Shown: positions 35,706 to 44,769 of the stretch, one piece after another
Position numbering within the stretch: position 1 is the stretch's first letter
How the letters are laid out: each line of letters begins with the position of its first letter
Virus record (IMG/VR): IMGVR_UViG_3300014968_000003
Location: 1 to 49,767 of that record
Reading direction: 5' to 3' (one strand)
Length of the DNA: 49,767 nucleotides
Source: a virus
The notes under the pieces: generated by a model
Told to the model about the DNA's origin: nothing
The model's database searches: none
The model's input: the letters and a program-made list of their open reading frames with translations, nothing else
Made by a program: the position numbers and the translations under genes

Positions 35706-36046
35706 CAGCCAGAGAGCGAGTAGAGAGTGCCTGGGAGCAGGTTGTTCACGGTTGGTATATTGTGTACGAACCTGCGCCCTATCAAATCCGGGGCGGTACG
35801 GGACTAGCAGCTTATCTGATTGTGGAAGCCCCCACCGAAGCCGAAGCGTGGGACGAAGCCTTGCGCATCACCTTAGAGCGAAAGGAAGAGGTGCGGTGCC
35901 TTGAAGAGGAAATCGAGTGCCTCTATAGCTGTGTTCCGATGCGCATTGGTATTCCGCACAGCCTTATAGGCCGCACCATCACCCGCCTTACCCAGCTACT
36001 CGAAATCGCACGAAGGGGATTCAAGACAAAAGGGAGTAAGCAATGA
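35702..36046 (+). CDS. Hypothetical early protein
   Basis: ATGA coupling on both sides. Confidence 0.6.
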   Translation: MTARERVESAWEQVVHGWYIVYEPAPYQIRGGTGLAAYLIVEAPTEAEAWDEALRITLERKEEVRCLEEEIECLYSCVPMRIGIPHSLIGRTITRLTQLLEIARRGFKTKGSKQ

Positions 36047-36324
36047 GCGTTTTCGTAGATGGAATGAAAGCCAACCATGGCCGTATGGTGATGTGCCACA
36101 TGATCGCCGATACACACGAAGAGCTAATCTCGATGGCCAGCAAGATTGGCGTGGATACGAAATGGATTCAGTCTGCCGGAACATATCGAGAACACTTCGA
36201 CATTTGCAAGTCAAAACGGGCATTGGCGATAACAGTTGGAGCCATCTCAATATCGCGGCAGTCTCTTGGACGGATGTTAATGAGTCGCCGCACCGAAGCA
36301 CCCGCACCACCGAAAGGACTATAG
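36043..36324 (+). CDS. DUF4031-like protein
   Basis: VFVDGMKANHGRMVMCHMIADTHEELISMASKIGV...EHFDICKSKRALAITVGA matches the DUF4031 pattern. Confidence 0.6.
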   Translation: MSVFVDGMKANHGRMVMCHMIADTHEELISMASKIGVDTKWIQSAGTYREHFDICKSKRALAITVGAISISRQSLGRMLMSRRTEAPAPPKGL

Positions 36325-36327
36325 ACC

Positions 36328-36531
36328 ATGACAGAGCCAATACATAGAAATCAAGTGGGTAACAAATTCCTCGTAAAGATGCCGTTTGTGTTCATTCTCC
36401 TCTTTGCGGTTGAGGTGTCGGGATTAATTATGGCTACGACAGACCGCAATATAGACAGACGATGCATATGGGGCATCATCTCAACCGTAGCCTCCATTCT
36501 GATGGGTATGATTCTTGGGCGGTTAGATTAA
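36328..36531 (+). CDS. Small two-TM membrane protein
   Basis: Hydrophobic segments FVFILLFAVEVSGLIMA and GIISTVASILMGMILG. Confidence 0.5.
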   Translation: MTEPIHRNQVGNKFLVKMPFVFILLFAVEVSGLIMATTDRNIDRRCIWGIISTVASILMGMILGRLD

Positions 36532-37163
36532 TGACACAGCCAATACGTGAGGGGATGGAGCAGCAAGAACAGTGGATCGTGATCTACACGGGTGAAGGTG
36601 CCGCTTCATTTGTAGGAACGAATCTCAAACAGATTTTGCATGACGGTGGGTGCTGCTGTGGGCAGCCTTGGGATGTGTGCAAAGACGAGACTCTGATATG
36701 GATCATCGAGGATATGGACCACGCAGACAAGTGGCTGCTCGATGAATCCGGCAAGCGCTTTCAGTATTCAACCGATTTTGAGTGTTCGCAGTTAACCGTC
36801 ACTCGCCTCGATAGGTCGGTCATCCCTCCCCCACCAGCGAAGGAAGCGCAGCCTGTATTAGAGCAGGTAAAGATCGTAGAGCGGTGGCGTCCCGGTTACG
36901 AAGTCTATAGCCAGTGGGATAGAGAACTAGGCAGCATCGCATGGGCCTTTTGCCTGATTATTGAAGAACTCTCCACCGCCGAGTTGGTGACGATCCCTGC
37001 GCTTGAATCACAACTCGCTCAGGCAGAGTGGAGAGCTAAGGTAGTGGAAAGAGCGATGCAAAGCTATCGTTTGAGTCGTTGGCCTCCAATGGAAGCACTA
37101 AAGCAAGCCGAACTTGAACTCATCGCAGAGGGCCAGGTTAAGCCTACAGGGGAGCAGAAGTGA
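36531..37163 (+). CDS. Hypothetical protein (210 aa)
   Basis: TAATG coupling at 36531; the track start at 36462 is upstream in the same frame. Confidence 0.55.
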   Translation: MTQPIREGMEQQEQWIVIYTGEGAASFVGTNLKQILHDGGCCCGQPWDVCKDETLIWIIEDMDHADKWLLDESGKRFQYSTDFECSQLTVTRLDRSVIPPPPAKEAQPVLEQVKIVERWRPGYEVYSQWDRELGSIAWAFCLIIEELSTAELVTIPALESQLAQAEWRAKVVERAMQSYRLSRWPPMEALKQAELELIAEGQVKPTGEQK

Positions 37164-37297
37164 ACCCAGATACCTTATGTGTATGCGGCCACAAGTTCCG
37201 CTATCACTTCCACTACCCAGACGCATGGAAGTGCGTTATCTGCTACACCTCTAGTAACACTAAATGTTGCACAGGATTTAAGGAGGCTAAACAATGA
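37160..37297 (+). CDS. 45-aa Cys/His-rich small protein, too short for the ORF track
   Basis: GTGA and ATGA coupling at both ends. Translation: MNPDTLCVCGHKFRYHFHYPDAWKCVICYTSSNTKCCTGFKEAKQ. Confidence 0.4.
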   Translation: MNPDTLCVCGHKFRYHFHYPDAWKCVICYTSSNTKCCTGFKEAKQ

Positions 37298-37587
37298 CCG
37301 GAAGAGCAGGATTGGAAGCTAAGATTCTCCAGCTTGAAAATGAATTAGCCGTGATACGCCATGCGCAAAGCACCTCAGCGAAAGCCGAGGAGCGCGAAGT
37401 TCACAACGCTGATGCTTTGATCCAACAACTCAATGAGGCAGAGCGGGTGATAGGGGAGATGCGGGATGCATTGGAGGACGGTAAGAATCAATTGATAGCA
37501 CTGAGTTCTTGCGACGATATCCCAGATTCTATCTACGATTCTCTCTCTGCTGCCGACGCCTACTTTGCTAAGAAGATGAAGGAGTAA
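37294..37587 (+). CDS. Coiled-coil protein
   Basis: AGGAGG RBS; heptad-rich sequence. Confidence 0.55.
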   Translation: MTGRAGLEAKILQLENELAVIRHAQSTSAKAEEREVHNADALIQQLNEAERVIGEMRDALEDGKNQLIALSSCDDIPDSIYDSLSAADAYFAKKMKE

Positions 37588-37588
37588 A

Positions 37589-37777
37589 ATGTTTCTAAAA
37601 CAAGCATCGATCTGTATCAATTGTGAGTGGATTGGGGAAAATCTCACTCATTGCGAGAAGTGCGGGAGTACGGACCTTATGTCACTTGGAAGATGGTTTG
37701 TTTCTATCAATCAGCCGTATCGGTTTATCGGAATAGATAAAGACTTCTCAGTTGCTACCCCGTTACAAAAGCCTTAA
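37589..37777 (+). CDS. Zinc-ribbon small protein
   Basis: CINC...CEKCG motif. Confidence 0.5.
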   Translation: MFLKQASICINCEWIGENLTHCEKCGSTDLMSLGRWFVSINQPYRFIGIDKDFSVATPLQKP

Positions 37778-40178
37778 ACGCATTTCTCTTCTCATCTGGC
37801 GGTCGAACGGTATTAGCTCTTTCATACTCTTTTGCCGCCAGAGTAGAGTCTGTTATCTGCTTTGCTAGATTCGAGTCATGCACATACAAACGTGGTTTGC
37901 CTTGATCCGGAATCACTGGATTGTTGACTCTACCGTCTTTGAACGCCGGATGCCATCGATATCCTAAACTTTCCAGCATCTCTTTCCTGCGCAAGTGGCT
38001 GCCGGCTCGCCTGAGTATATTCAGCTTCTCTAGGTGTTTATCAAGCGCCATGGAACTCACCCAACCACCACAGAAACCCGGCAAACCTTGAGAGATGGCC
38101 TCTAGTATCTCCTGCTCGATAGCACCTTGAGATGCTGTAATGGCCTCTCCGGTAGTCGAACTTTGCGGAGCCCGCTTGCATTCAGTGGCCGGATTCAACT
38201 CTGCCGGAATCTGAAAGGTACAAAGGAATTCGGTTACTTTGGCGAAACCATCTTCCGACTTAAGCCAGTTATAGAGTTTGCTGAAATAATCCGTAGTCAT
38301 TCCATCACGGATTAGATCTTCAGCCCCTTGTTGAGCTGTAAACAACACACAGAAACGTCGATCGTTGCGAGTTTTAGCTATCGCATCGCGGTGATTGCTG
38401 TTGAACATGAAATTGCCACAAATGCCAGAGGTGACTTGATCTACACCTTTACCTTCGATCTCCAGCTCCTTGCCGGTAATCATCGGCTTCAATTCTTCAA
38501 TCACATCGCGACGATCGCCGGGCACATAGATGTCTTCAACTGCATAGAGAATCTTTCCGACCATCCATGAGTTGAATTGAGCCGCTAGCTTCGATGCTTT
38601 TGGCCAGTGAACGTAGCGTCTTCCGATGGCTTCAGCTAAACAGAGAGTGAGAAGAGTTTTTCCGTTGCCTTCTACACCTTGCAGCAACGGAGCCCATTCG
38701 AACTTGACGCCTTTGTGCTGCACGCAAGCTGCCATATAGCTTACGATGATCATTTGATCCCATGCGTTCGGGAGTAGCTTAGCAACATGCTGAAGGAAGA
38801 GAGCTACGTCGCCGGATACGCGAGGAACTTCAACTGGAACATAGGTATTGACGGAACTCACCCCATTGCGCCAGATGATCTCACCGAAGGGCAACTCGGG
38901 TCGAAAGCAAAGAGATTGCACCTTAGGGTGTTCAAGAATTTGGGATTGAGTGAAGGCTTCCCAGGGATCACTGCTGAATTTGTCATTACCCTGCATCATG
39001 TAAAACAATCGCCCGCCGTAATGTACGCGAAATTGATCAGGTTTGAACAAGTGACCGTTCGGCACAAGTACCCGGTGACAATCCGTAACATAAACACAAC
39101 CAGCGAACAGTTCTATTTGCTGATCTTGCGTGAATGTCCGATCTCCGGTAATCGCTGTCGCAGAACTCCCCGTAGAGACTTCCGTAGGCCCTTGGAGGCT
39201 CTGAGGTATGGTCGCAGGCTCTTCAGGCTGCTGCAGCACGTCTATTTGCCGTCCTACCACCCCTAGAATGGTGCGAGGAAGGTAGTCTTGCCGACCCCAC
39301 TTGTCTCTCACAAGCTTGGACTGCCACATCAGCCGTTCGATACGCTCACAATCCTTACCAGTCCAGAAGGCCAGGTGTTGAGCAAGAGAGCTATCGGCGC
39401 GGGATTCATCCCAAGGTCGCTTACGGTCAGGGTCCGGGAAAGATGCTGCCAGCTTACCTTCATCCGCAAGCCATAGGTCAGCGAAAGCTACCTTGGTGCC
39501 GAAAGTGCTGTTGGCTGACTTTGAGCGTAGAGCACGGCGAATGAGTTCTTTGTCGTCAGCGGGTCCGCGCCACTCTGGATCAGGACCACCTGTGAGAACT
39601 ACAGGCCAGGCATTGCTCCAATGACCCATGCTATTGGCGGACGCTGGATCAGCAGGGAAGTAGCGGGCCACCAGCGAGGCGAGGACCATAGACTGGTCTC
39701 GTCCAGCGTCGCCGGTGGCGCCCAGTCCCGTAAGGGCAATAAATCGGCCATGATCATAGAACTCAATATCAAGTTCTTCATTTTTGCATGAATGCTGCGG
39801 AGGCTTTCCCGAGCCAATAACATGAAGGCCCTTTCCTGAGCGAGACATTTCGATAGCGCTTCCGGAAAGTAGCTGGCAGATTTGAATGGCGTGAGGAGCC
39901 CACCCCGTAGGCGTGAGGCAGCTATCGATATCGACAACCCAAAAAGGATCGTCCTTAGTGAAGACAAAGCCGATTCCATACGATTCCCCCTGTTTGTCAA
40001 GAGCTTCTTTAGCCGTCATCCATATCGCAGGATCGTGAGCACTATGAACCCTCTGAGTCTTCGGATGCAGTGGCAGCTTATCGGTTTTTCCCGGTCGCGA
40101 TTCAGACGGAACCGCCTTATAGAGAATGAACTGCCGGTAAGCGCCAAGCGGCGCAAGCGCTGAGGGAAGTTCTTTCAC
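37755..40178 (-). CDS. Bifunctional primase-polymerase / SF3 (D5/P4-like) helicase
   Basis: N-terminal prim-pol-like region (YGIGFVFTKDDPFWVVDIDS). Walker A GVEGNGKT. GTG start with GGAGAG RBS. Confidence 0.8.
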   Translation of the reverse strand: MKELPSALAPLGAYRQFILYKAVPSESRPGKTDKLPLHPKTQRVHSAHDPAIWMTAKEALDKQGESYGIGFVFTKDDPFWVVDIDSCLTPTGWAPHAIQICQLLSGSAIEMSRSGKGLHVIGSGKPPQHSCKNEELDIEFYDHGRFIALTGLGATGDAGRDQSMVLASLVARYFPADPASANSMGHWSNAWPVVLTGGPDPEWRGPADDKELIRRALRSKSANSTFGTKVAFADLWLADEGKLAASFPDPDRKRPWDESRADSSLAQHLAFWTGKDCERIERLMWQSKLVRDKWGRQDYLPRTILGVVGRQIDVLQQPEEPATIPQSLQGPTEVSTGSSATAITGDRTFTQDQQIELFAGCVYVTDCHRVLVPNGHLFKPDQFRVHYGGRLFYMMQGNDKFSSDPWEAFTQSQILEHPKVQSLCFRPELPFGEIIWRNGVSSVNTYVPVEVPRVSGDVALFLQHVAKLLPNAWDQMIIVSYMAACVQHKGVKFEWAPLLQGVEGNGKTLLTLCLAEAIGRRYVHWPKASKLAAQFNSWMVGKILYAVEDIYVPGDRRDVIEELKPMITGKELEIEGKGVDQVTSGICGNFMFNSNHRDAIAKTRNDRRFCVLFTAQQGAEDLIRDGMTTDYFSKLYNWLKSEDGFAKVTEFLCTFQIPAELNPATECKRAPQSSTTGEAITASQGAIEQEILEAISQGLPGFCGGWVSSMALDKHLEKLNILRRAGSHLRRKEMLESLGYRWHPAFKDGRVNNPVIPDQGKPRLYVHDSNLAKQITDSTLAAKEYERANTVRPPDEKRNAFKAFVTG

Positions 40179-40183
40179 TTAGG

Positions 40184-40504
40184 TTACTCTCCGGAGATGT
40201 GAGCGACGACTTGAGCCCGCATCGCTGCCGGCATCTTCCGAGCTTCAGGATGTCCCGCAAGCATGGCTTGGGCAAGAACAGGGAAGTTCGATTGTTTCAT
40301 GGCAGCGCGTACCAGTGTAGCGCGTATATCGTGAATCGAACCGAGATAGTTGCTCACCAATCCATAGGAGCATCCCGCTTCGACTGCTACGGTCGCCTGC
40401 GTGAGAGAGGTAAAGCCGCCAGGCTTCGACGCCAACCGAATGCCAGCCGCAATAATCTCAGCCCTTCGTTTGTTTACTTGTTGAGGCTTGAATTTGGAAG
40501 GCAT
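40184..40504 (-). CDS. TetR-type HTH regulator (N-terminal DNA-binding domain-sized, 106 aa)
   Basis: RRAEIIAAGIRLASKPGGFTSLTQATVAVEAGCSYGLVSNYLGS matches the TetR_N pattern; AGGAGA RBS. Confidence 0.55.
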   Translation of the reverse strand: MPSKFKPQQVNKRRAEIIAAGIRLASKPGGFTSLTQATVAVEAGCSYGLVSNYLGSIHDIRATLVRAAMKQSNFPVLAQAMLAGHPEARKMPAAMRAQVVAHISGE

Positions 40505-40565
40505 TCTTCGTGTCTCCTACAGATTTCTTCAATTCGTTCGATCATCGCCCTATAGCCACGAGGTT

Positions 40566-41039
40566 CTACAGTGAATCGTCCCCGGTTGCAAACCGGGCAT
40601 CCCCGCCGTCCGCACACACCAATTGAATCCACTTCAGTTGCGCTTGCTCGTGGCTGCTTGCGCCGTACTTCCAGTTCGCTTCCTTGCATTCCCGACTGAT
40701 GAACTGCGCGATCTTGCTGCCCACCATCTGAGGCATTATTGTCAACGGTCTCCATCCGATTAGATCCCCGCTTTTGATAGTTTGATTGAGTTTGGGGGAG
40801 TCGTTTGCAAGACCGTATCTTACAGGAGTGCCGCGCTCATTCAACAATACTCCTACATTGTTCCGCCACAGTTTGATTCCTTTGCGAGCTGCTTCCAGAC
40901 GCACGCGAGCTTGCACGTTGGCTTCGGACGCTCCGTTGATAGTTGATACAGTTAGATTTCCATTCAATCCGAAGATTGTTTCCAATTCTGTAAGCGCATC
41001 ATAAGGTATGTTCCATTTGAGAGCCCATTGAGTGATCAT
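40566..41039 (-). CDS. VRR-NUC domain nuclease
   Basis: ATGA-coupled ATG at 41039; the track start is GTG. GIKLWRNNVG...DLIGW...FISRECKE...EQAQLKWIQLVCADGG. Confidence 0.6.
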   Translation of the reverse strand: MITQWALKWNIPYDALTELETIFGLNGNLTVSTINGASEANVQARVRLEAARKGIKLWRNNVGVLLNERGTPVRYGLANDSPKLNQTIKSGDLIGWRPLTIMPQMVGSKIAQFISRECKEANWKYGASSHEQAQLKWIQLVCADGGDARFATGDDSL

Positions 41040-41371
41040 CGCATTACCGCCAACATCCACAGAATCTTGACCCCTAAATGAATCGTTTGATCAGCATCCA
41101 TCCCGATCCAATCTTCGCATTTAGAAAAGTCTGTGATGAAATGAACGGCGAACTCAGTGAGTCCGAGCCAAACGGAATTGGTGATGAGCAACACAGCACC
41201 GGCGTGAATCAAGCAATGGGCGGTCATGCACCAATACCAGGGGCACCATGCAAGATAGGGGCTCTTGTGCCGATTCTTACCTTTGCTCAGAAACTCACCC
41301 TGAAGTGGATAATCGCAAAGAGCGTGAGCTGCGAACAAGAGCAGTATGAGTTTTAGCCCATTAACAATCAT
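41036..41371 (-). CDS. DUF3307-like integral membrane protein
   Basis: HALCDYPLQGEFLSKGK motif; 3 hydrophobic segments. Confidence 0.5.
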   Translation of the reverse strand: MIVNGLKLILLLFAAHALCDYPLQGEFLSKGKNRHKSPYLAWCPWYWCMTAHCLIHAGAVLLITNSVWLGLTEFAVHFITDFSKCEDWIGMDADQTIHLGVKILWMLAVMR

Positions 41372-42290
41372 AGTTCACCTCTTCCGTCGCTTTGATGAAT
41401 TCCGCTGCAAGTGGCGCGACAATTGCATTGCCATATCCGCGCAACTTCCCCATACGGCCGGAAACCCCATGAGCCAACGGGAATAATCCGGGTTCAATTG
41501 GCCGATACTTTTCGTCTCGGCCATGCCACCAGTCGGCATCACCCCAGAATCCGCGAGTTGCGCCTGACGCGGTAGCTGATCGAGTCTCAGTCTCTCCGAG
41601 CCATCCGTGTTGCCCGCTTCGTTGTAATTCTCCGTCGCTGGCGATCCCGCTTGAGGAGTCGGCACACTCGCTAGAGCTTGGCATATATCTGCTAATTGAC
41701 TGCAAGCATTCACTCGATTCAATCGACGTTCTGAATACTTCTGAGCTTTTTCTGCTGGTATCCGAGAGTTGTTCCAATCCCCTAAATTGGGAGTCGGCAC
41801 GGAAGTACAAGCGTTGCCGGATGTGCGGAGCACCGATGCCCGCAGCGCAAATATCGACCGCCCTGCAGGAGTATGCCGTATCTTCCAGGTCAGCCGAAAC
41901 AGTGTCGAACCACGAGAGTCCAGCCGGGCTTGCAACCTGCTCCCCAAAGATCGTGACAGGTCGTCGCTGTGCGATGAGCCAATGAGCAGCGGGCCAGAGA
42001 TGCCGCTCATCAGCAACCCCGCCGCCTTTGCCTGCCGCGCTGAAAGGTTGGCAGGGGCAGCTAGCAGTCCATACAGGGCGAGAATCGGGCCATCCCGCAA
42101 GTCTGAGAGCAGAAGACCATCCTCCGATGCCGGCGAAGAAATGGCATTGGGTATATCCGATGATGTCTCTTGCTGTAACATCTTCAATGCTCCTGGTATC
42201 GACATCGCCGGGCGCTATAGAGCCGTTGACTATCAACATTCGTAACCAATTTGCCGCAAATTTATCGCATTCATTGTAATAAGCTGCCAT
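41361..42290 (-). CDS. DNA (cytosine-5)-methyltransferase
   Basis: Motif I FFAGIGGWS; motif IV SCPCQPFSAAGK; motif VI IFGEQV; motif X YGNAIVAP. Confidence 0.85.
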   Translation of the reverse strand: MAAYYNECDKFAANWLRMLIVNGSIAPGDVDTRSIEDVTARDIIGYTQCHFFAGIGGWSSALRLAGWPDSRPVWTASCPCQPFSAAGKGGGVADERHLWPAAHWLIAQRRPVTIFGEQVASPAGLSWFDTVSADLEDTAYSCRAVDICAAGIGAPHIRQRLYFRADSQFRGLEQLSDTSRKSSEVFRTSIESSECLQSISRYMPSSSECADSSSGIASDGELQRSGQHGWLGETETRSATASGATRGFWGDADWWHGRDEKYRPIEPGLFPLAHGVSGRMGKLRGYGNAIVAPLAAEFIKATEEVNYDC

Positions 42291-42768
42291 TGTCTTTCCT
42301 TCGTTTCCATGCTCTCAGTAAACCTTCAGAAATTCTTTTTGAATGCTCTTCTGTTCGAGGACTCCTTCGTTTTCCTTTTTTAGCCTCAGAAAGTTTTTCT
42401 CTATGTTCTTTTGATAGAGTCTTTCCGAGATGAGCCGCACGTAGTTTTTCTTTAGTGGATTCTGACAGTTTATAACCGCGTTTACCGTCTCCACCAGTAG
42501 TCATGTTGTATGCGGCATGAACAGATTTGAGAAGTTTCATTTCCTTTTTGCATAAATCTTCCCAACAGTCTGCTGTATCTACAGCGCGAATAGAAAAATT
42601 TTCAATCCCGTACTTACGCATGGCACGATAAAGGCTTCGATCTTTTCCTTTCTTGCAATCATTTTTGTGTTCACTCCATCTTCTCTGTAAGGTTCTGGAA
42701 GTTATCCCCACATAAAGATGCCCGTTGATATGATTTTGAATGATGTAAACAAGCATGGTAAAGATCAT
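42271..42768 (-). CDS. Free-standing GIY-YIG homing endonuclease with NUMOD3-like repeats
   Basis: VYIIQNHINGHLYVGITS...RRWSEH...YRAMRKYG, then SESTKEKLRAAHLGK / SKEHREKLSEAKKGK / TEEHSKRISEGL. The start at ATG 42768 (AGGA upstream) is preferred over 42981. Confidence 0.8.
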   Translation of the reverse strand: MIFTMLVYIIQNHINGHLYVGITSRTLQRRWSEHKNDCKKGKDRSLYRAMRKYGIENFSIRAVDTADCWEDLCKKEMKLLKSVHAAYNMTTGGDGKRGYKLSESTKEKLRAAHLGKTLSKEHREKLSEAKKGKRRSPRTEEHSKRISEGLLRAWKRRKDNGSLLQ

Positions 42769-42796
42769 ACTATAACCAATCCTTTTTTTTTGTTCG

Positions 42797-43027
42797 TTAT
42801 AGTACGCGCTCAATCTCCACCCATCCGTAAACCTGACCAGCGAGTTCATCGGCTTTCTGACGAATAGGTTGGACAATATCCTTCGATTCAAGTCGTCCTT
42901 GAAGCATATCGTAACGACGATCCTTGCCGACTTCGCAGTAATCGTAAAGCGGTTCTTCTGTCCGTCGCGAACGGCGAACATAGAAGGTGAGCGGCCTGTA
43001 ATCGGTAGACTTATAACTGACGATCAT
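42797..43027 (-). CDS. Hypothetical 76-aa protein
   Basis: ATGA coupling to the helicase stop. Confidence 0.4.
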   Translation of the reverse strand: MIVSYKSTDYRPLTFYVRRSRRTEEPLYDYCEVGKDRRYDMLQGRLESKDIVQPIRQKADELAGQVYGWVEIERVL

Positions 43028-44769
43028 GAGTTGAAATATAACTCAGCATTGACACTTCCGTCAATACCGTACTTTGAGCACTCCGTCATCACCTGTATAG
43101 CAAGCTCTTCAGCTTCACGCGCACCGAGTAACTGAGCGTTAGCTACATCTACCCCGAACTTAAAAAAGAACCTGCGGAAGCTCTCTGACAGTCCGTATCC
43201 GCGCGCGAATTCAAGCCCCGCCCACCAGGCAATAGCGTTACGCAGTGATCGTTGATTTTCCTGCCGCTTCACCCAATGACCGCGTGCTGCAATTTGCGCC
43301 GGCAATGGCAGATTCGCTGGCGCATAGAAGTCGCCGTTCTTACGTGCAATATCGCCTCTGAGTTGAGCGAGCACATCGGGAGCGAGTTCAAGCAGATCTC
43401 CGTCTACGAACTCTGGAGCAGAGCGTTCCTTCGGAGTTAATTCGACGCTGAACCCGCAATATGGGCAGACTCGAAAAATACGTTCATAAGGAGCGAAGCA
43501 TTGAATGCAGACAGTCAGAGGAATCTCATCCCCCTTGCTCTTTCGCTTAACACGTCGATCAAGACTCCAGTGTTGATGCTTGTCTGGCGGTCCTTGATGA
43601 CGCAGCACATTGCCGACGTGATCGAGAATGATGGCGCGAGGCTTCCCACTTGATGCAATATAAGCCAGACGCTCTTGTTGACTGAAACTATCCCAGGAGC
43701 GCGATAGTTCCGGTGAGATCATCAGTCGGAGAGCGCGTCCGAACTGCTGCGAGTAAAGCGCGAAGCTATGAGTGGGACGAGCGAAGCTGACAACTTCGAT
43801 TGCTGGCAGGTCGAAGCCTTCGCCGAAAAGATCCACGTTGACGAGCTGCAAGACCTCTCTACGCTTGAATCGTCCAATGATGTGAGCCCTGAGAGTATCG
43901 GGAGTATTCGCGCTGACCACTTCTGCCGGTACTCCAGCGGCACGGAAAGCTGCGGCTGTCTTTGTGGCGGATTCCACCTCGACCTCGAAAGTCACCCCAA
44001 GCTTGCCTTCGGCAAAACGTTTGTAGTGCTTAACGACATCCCCAGTCAACTTCGAAGACTCTCGGCGGGCCGCTCTGAGCTTCGGAGGGCTGTAGTCTCC
44101 GCTTGATTCACTGACGGCTACCGATCCGATATCGAAGTCGGAAGGAATCGGCGGGCAGACGATGCGGTAGTCTGTGAGGTAGCCGAGGTCGATAATTTCT
44201 CGCATGGTGGGTGCGAGCACCATAGCGTCTGCGAGCCCTTCATGGTGACGCCCCAGGCCGCGTCCGTCAGCTCGCTTAGGTGTAGCAGTGGGGAATAGCC
44301 CGCGAGCGTTAGGGAATTTCGCTTGAGCCTTCCCCCACTTGTTATCTTTGAGTACATGATGACCTTCATCCTGAATGGCTAATCGAATCTGCCGGAACCA
44401 GGATTCTTCCGGCATTCGAACGATCGTATCGACCCCACCCACACCAGTCTTAGCGGTAGGATCGAGATAGCTGTACCCCACTTCGGCCACTTGCAGGCTA
44501 GTGATGATGCGCATCAGACTAGTATTGCTGCCTATTAGACGATGCCTCACTCCATTGCGAGCAAGCGCAACGCTGATCTGCGACACAAGCTCTTGCCGAT
44601 GAGCAATCGCAATGCTTGCACCCGGTTCGTCATAGAGCAGTTTCGCGAGCACTACCGTCTTACCGAAACCAGTGGCCGCAACCCCAATGACGTTCTGAGC
44701 TCCCGCTTCCCACGCTTTATAGATATCTCGTTCGAAAGGGATTTGAATGGACCTAAGAGGAACGGGCAT
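43024..44769 (-). CDS. SF2 DEAD/DEAH-type helicase with a C-terminal zinc ribbon
   Basis: Walker A ATGFGKTV; Walker B IQDEGHH; CIQCFAPY...CPYCG. Confidence 0.8.
   Translation of the reverse strand: MPVPLRSIQIPFERDIYKAWEAGAQNVIGVAATGFGKTVVLAKLLYDEPGASIAIAHRQELVSQISVALARNGVRHRLIGSNTSLMRIITSLQVAEVGYSYLDPTAKTGVGGVDTIVRMPEESWFRQIRLAIQDEGHHVLKDNKWGKAQAKFPNARGLFPTATPKRADGRGLGRHHEGLADAMVLAPTMREIIDLGYLTDYRIVCPPIPSDFDIGSVAVSESSGDYSPPKLRAARRESSKLTGDVVKHYKRFAEGKLGVTFEVEVESATKTAAAFRAAGVPAEVVSANTPDTLRAHIIGRFKRREVLQLVNVDLFGEGFDLPAIEVVSFARPTHSFALYSQQFGRALRLMISPELSRSWDSFSQQERLAYIASSGKPRAIILDHVGNVLRHQGPPDKHQHWSLDRRVKRKSKGDEIPLTVCIQCFAPYERIFRVCPYCGFSVELTPKERSAPEFVDGDLLELAPDVLAQLRGDIARKNGDFYAPANLPLPAQIAARGHWVKRQENQRSLRNAIAWWAGLEFARGYGLSESFRRFFFKFGVDVANAQLLGAREAEELAIQVMTECSKYGIDGSVNAELYFNS

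Noticed and set aside
40184-40504. Lysogeny module (repressor) implying a temperate lifestyle
   Set aside because: Only a short TetR-type HTH protein is present. There is no integrase, no CI/Cro pair and no ParA partner for the ParB-like proteins. Lifestyle cannot be decided from this sequence.
40474-40755. 93-aa ORF overlapping the VRR-NUC 3' end and the TetR-like start
   Set aside because: It is an alternative frame of a motif-supported gene. The intergenic part instead supplies the AGGAGA RBS for the TetR-like gene.
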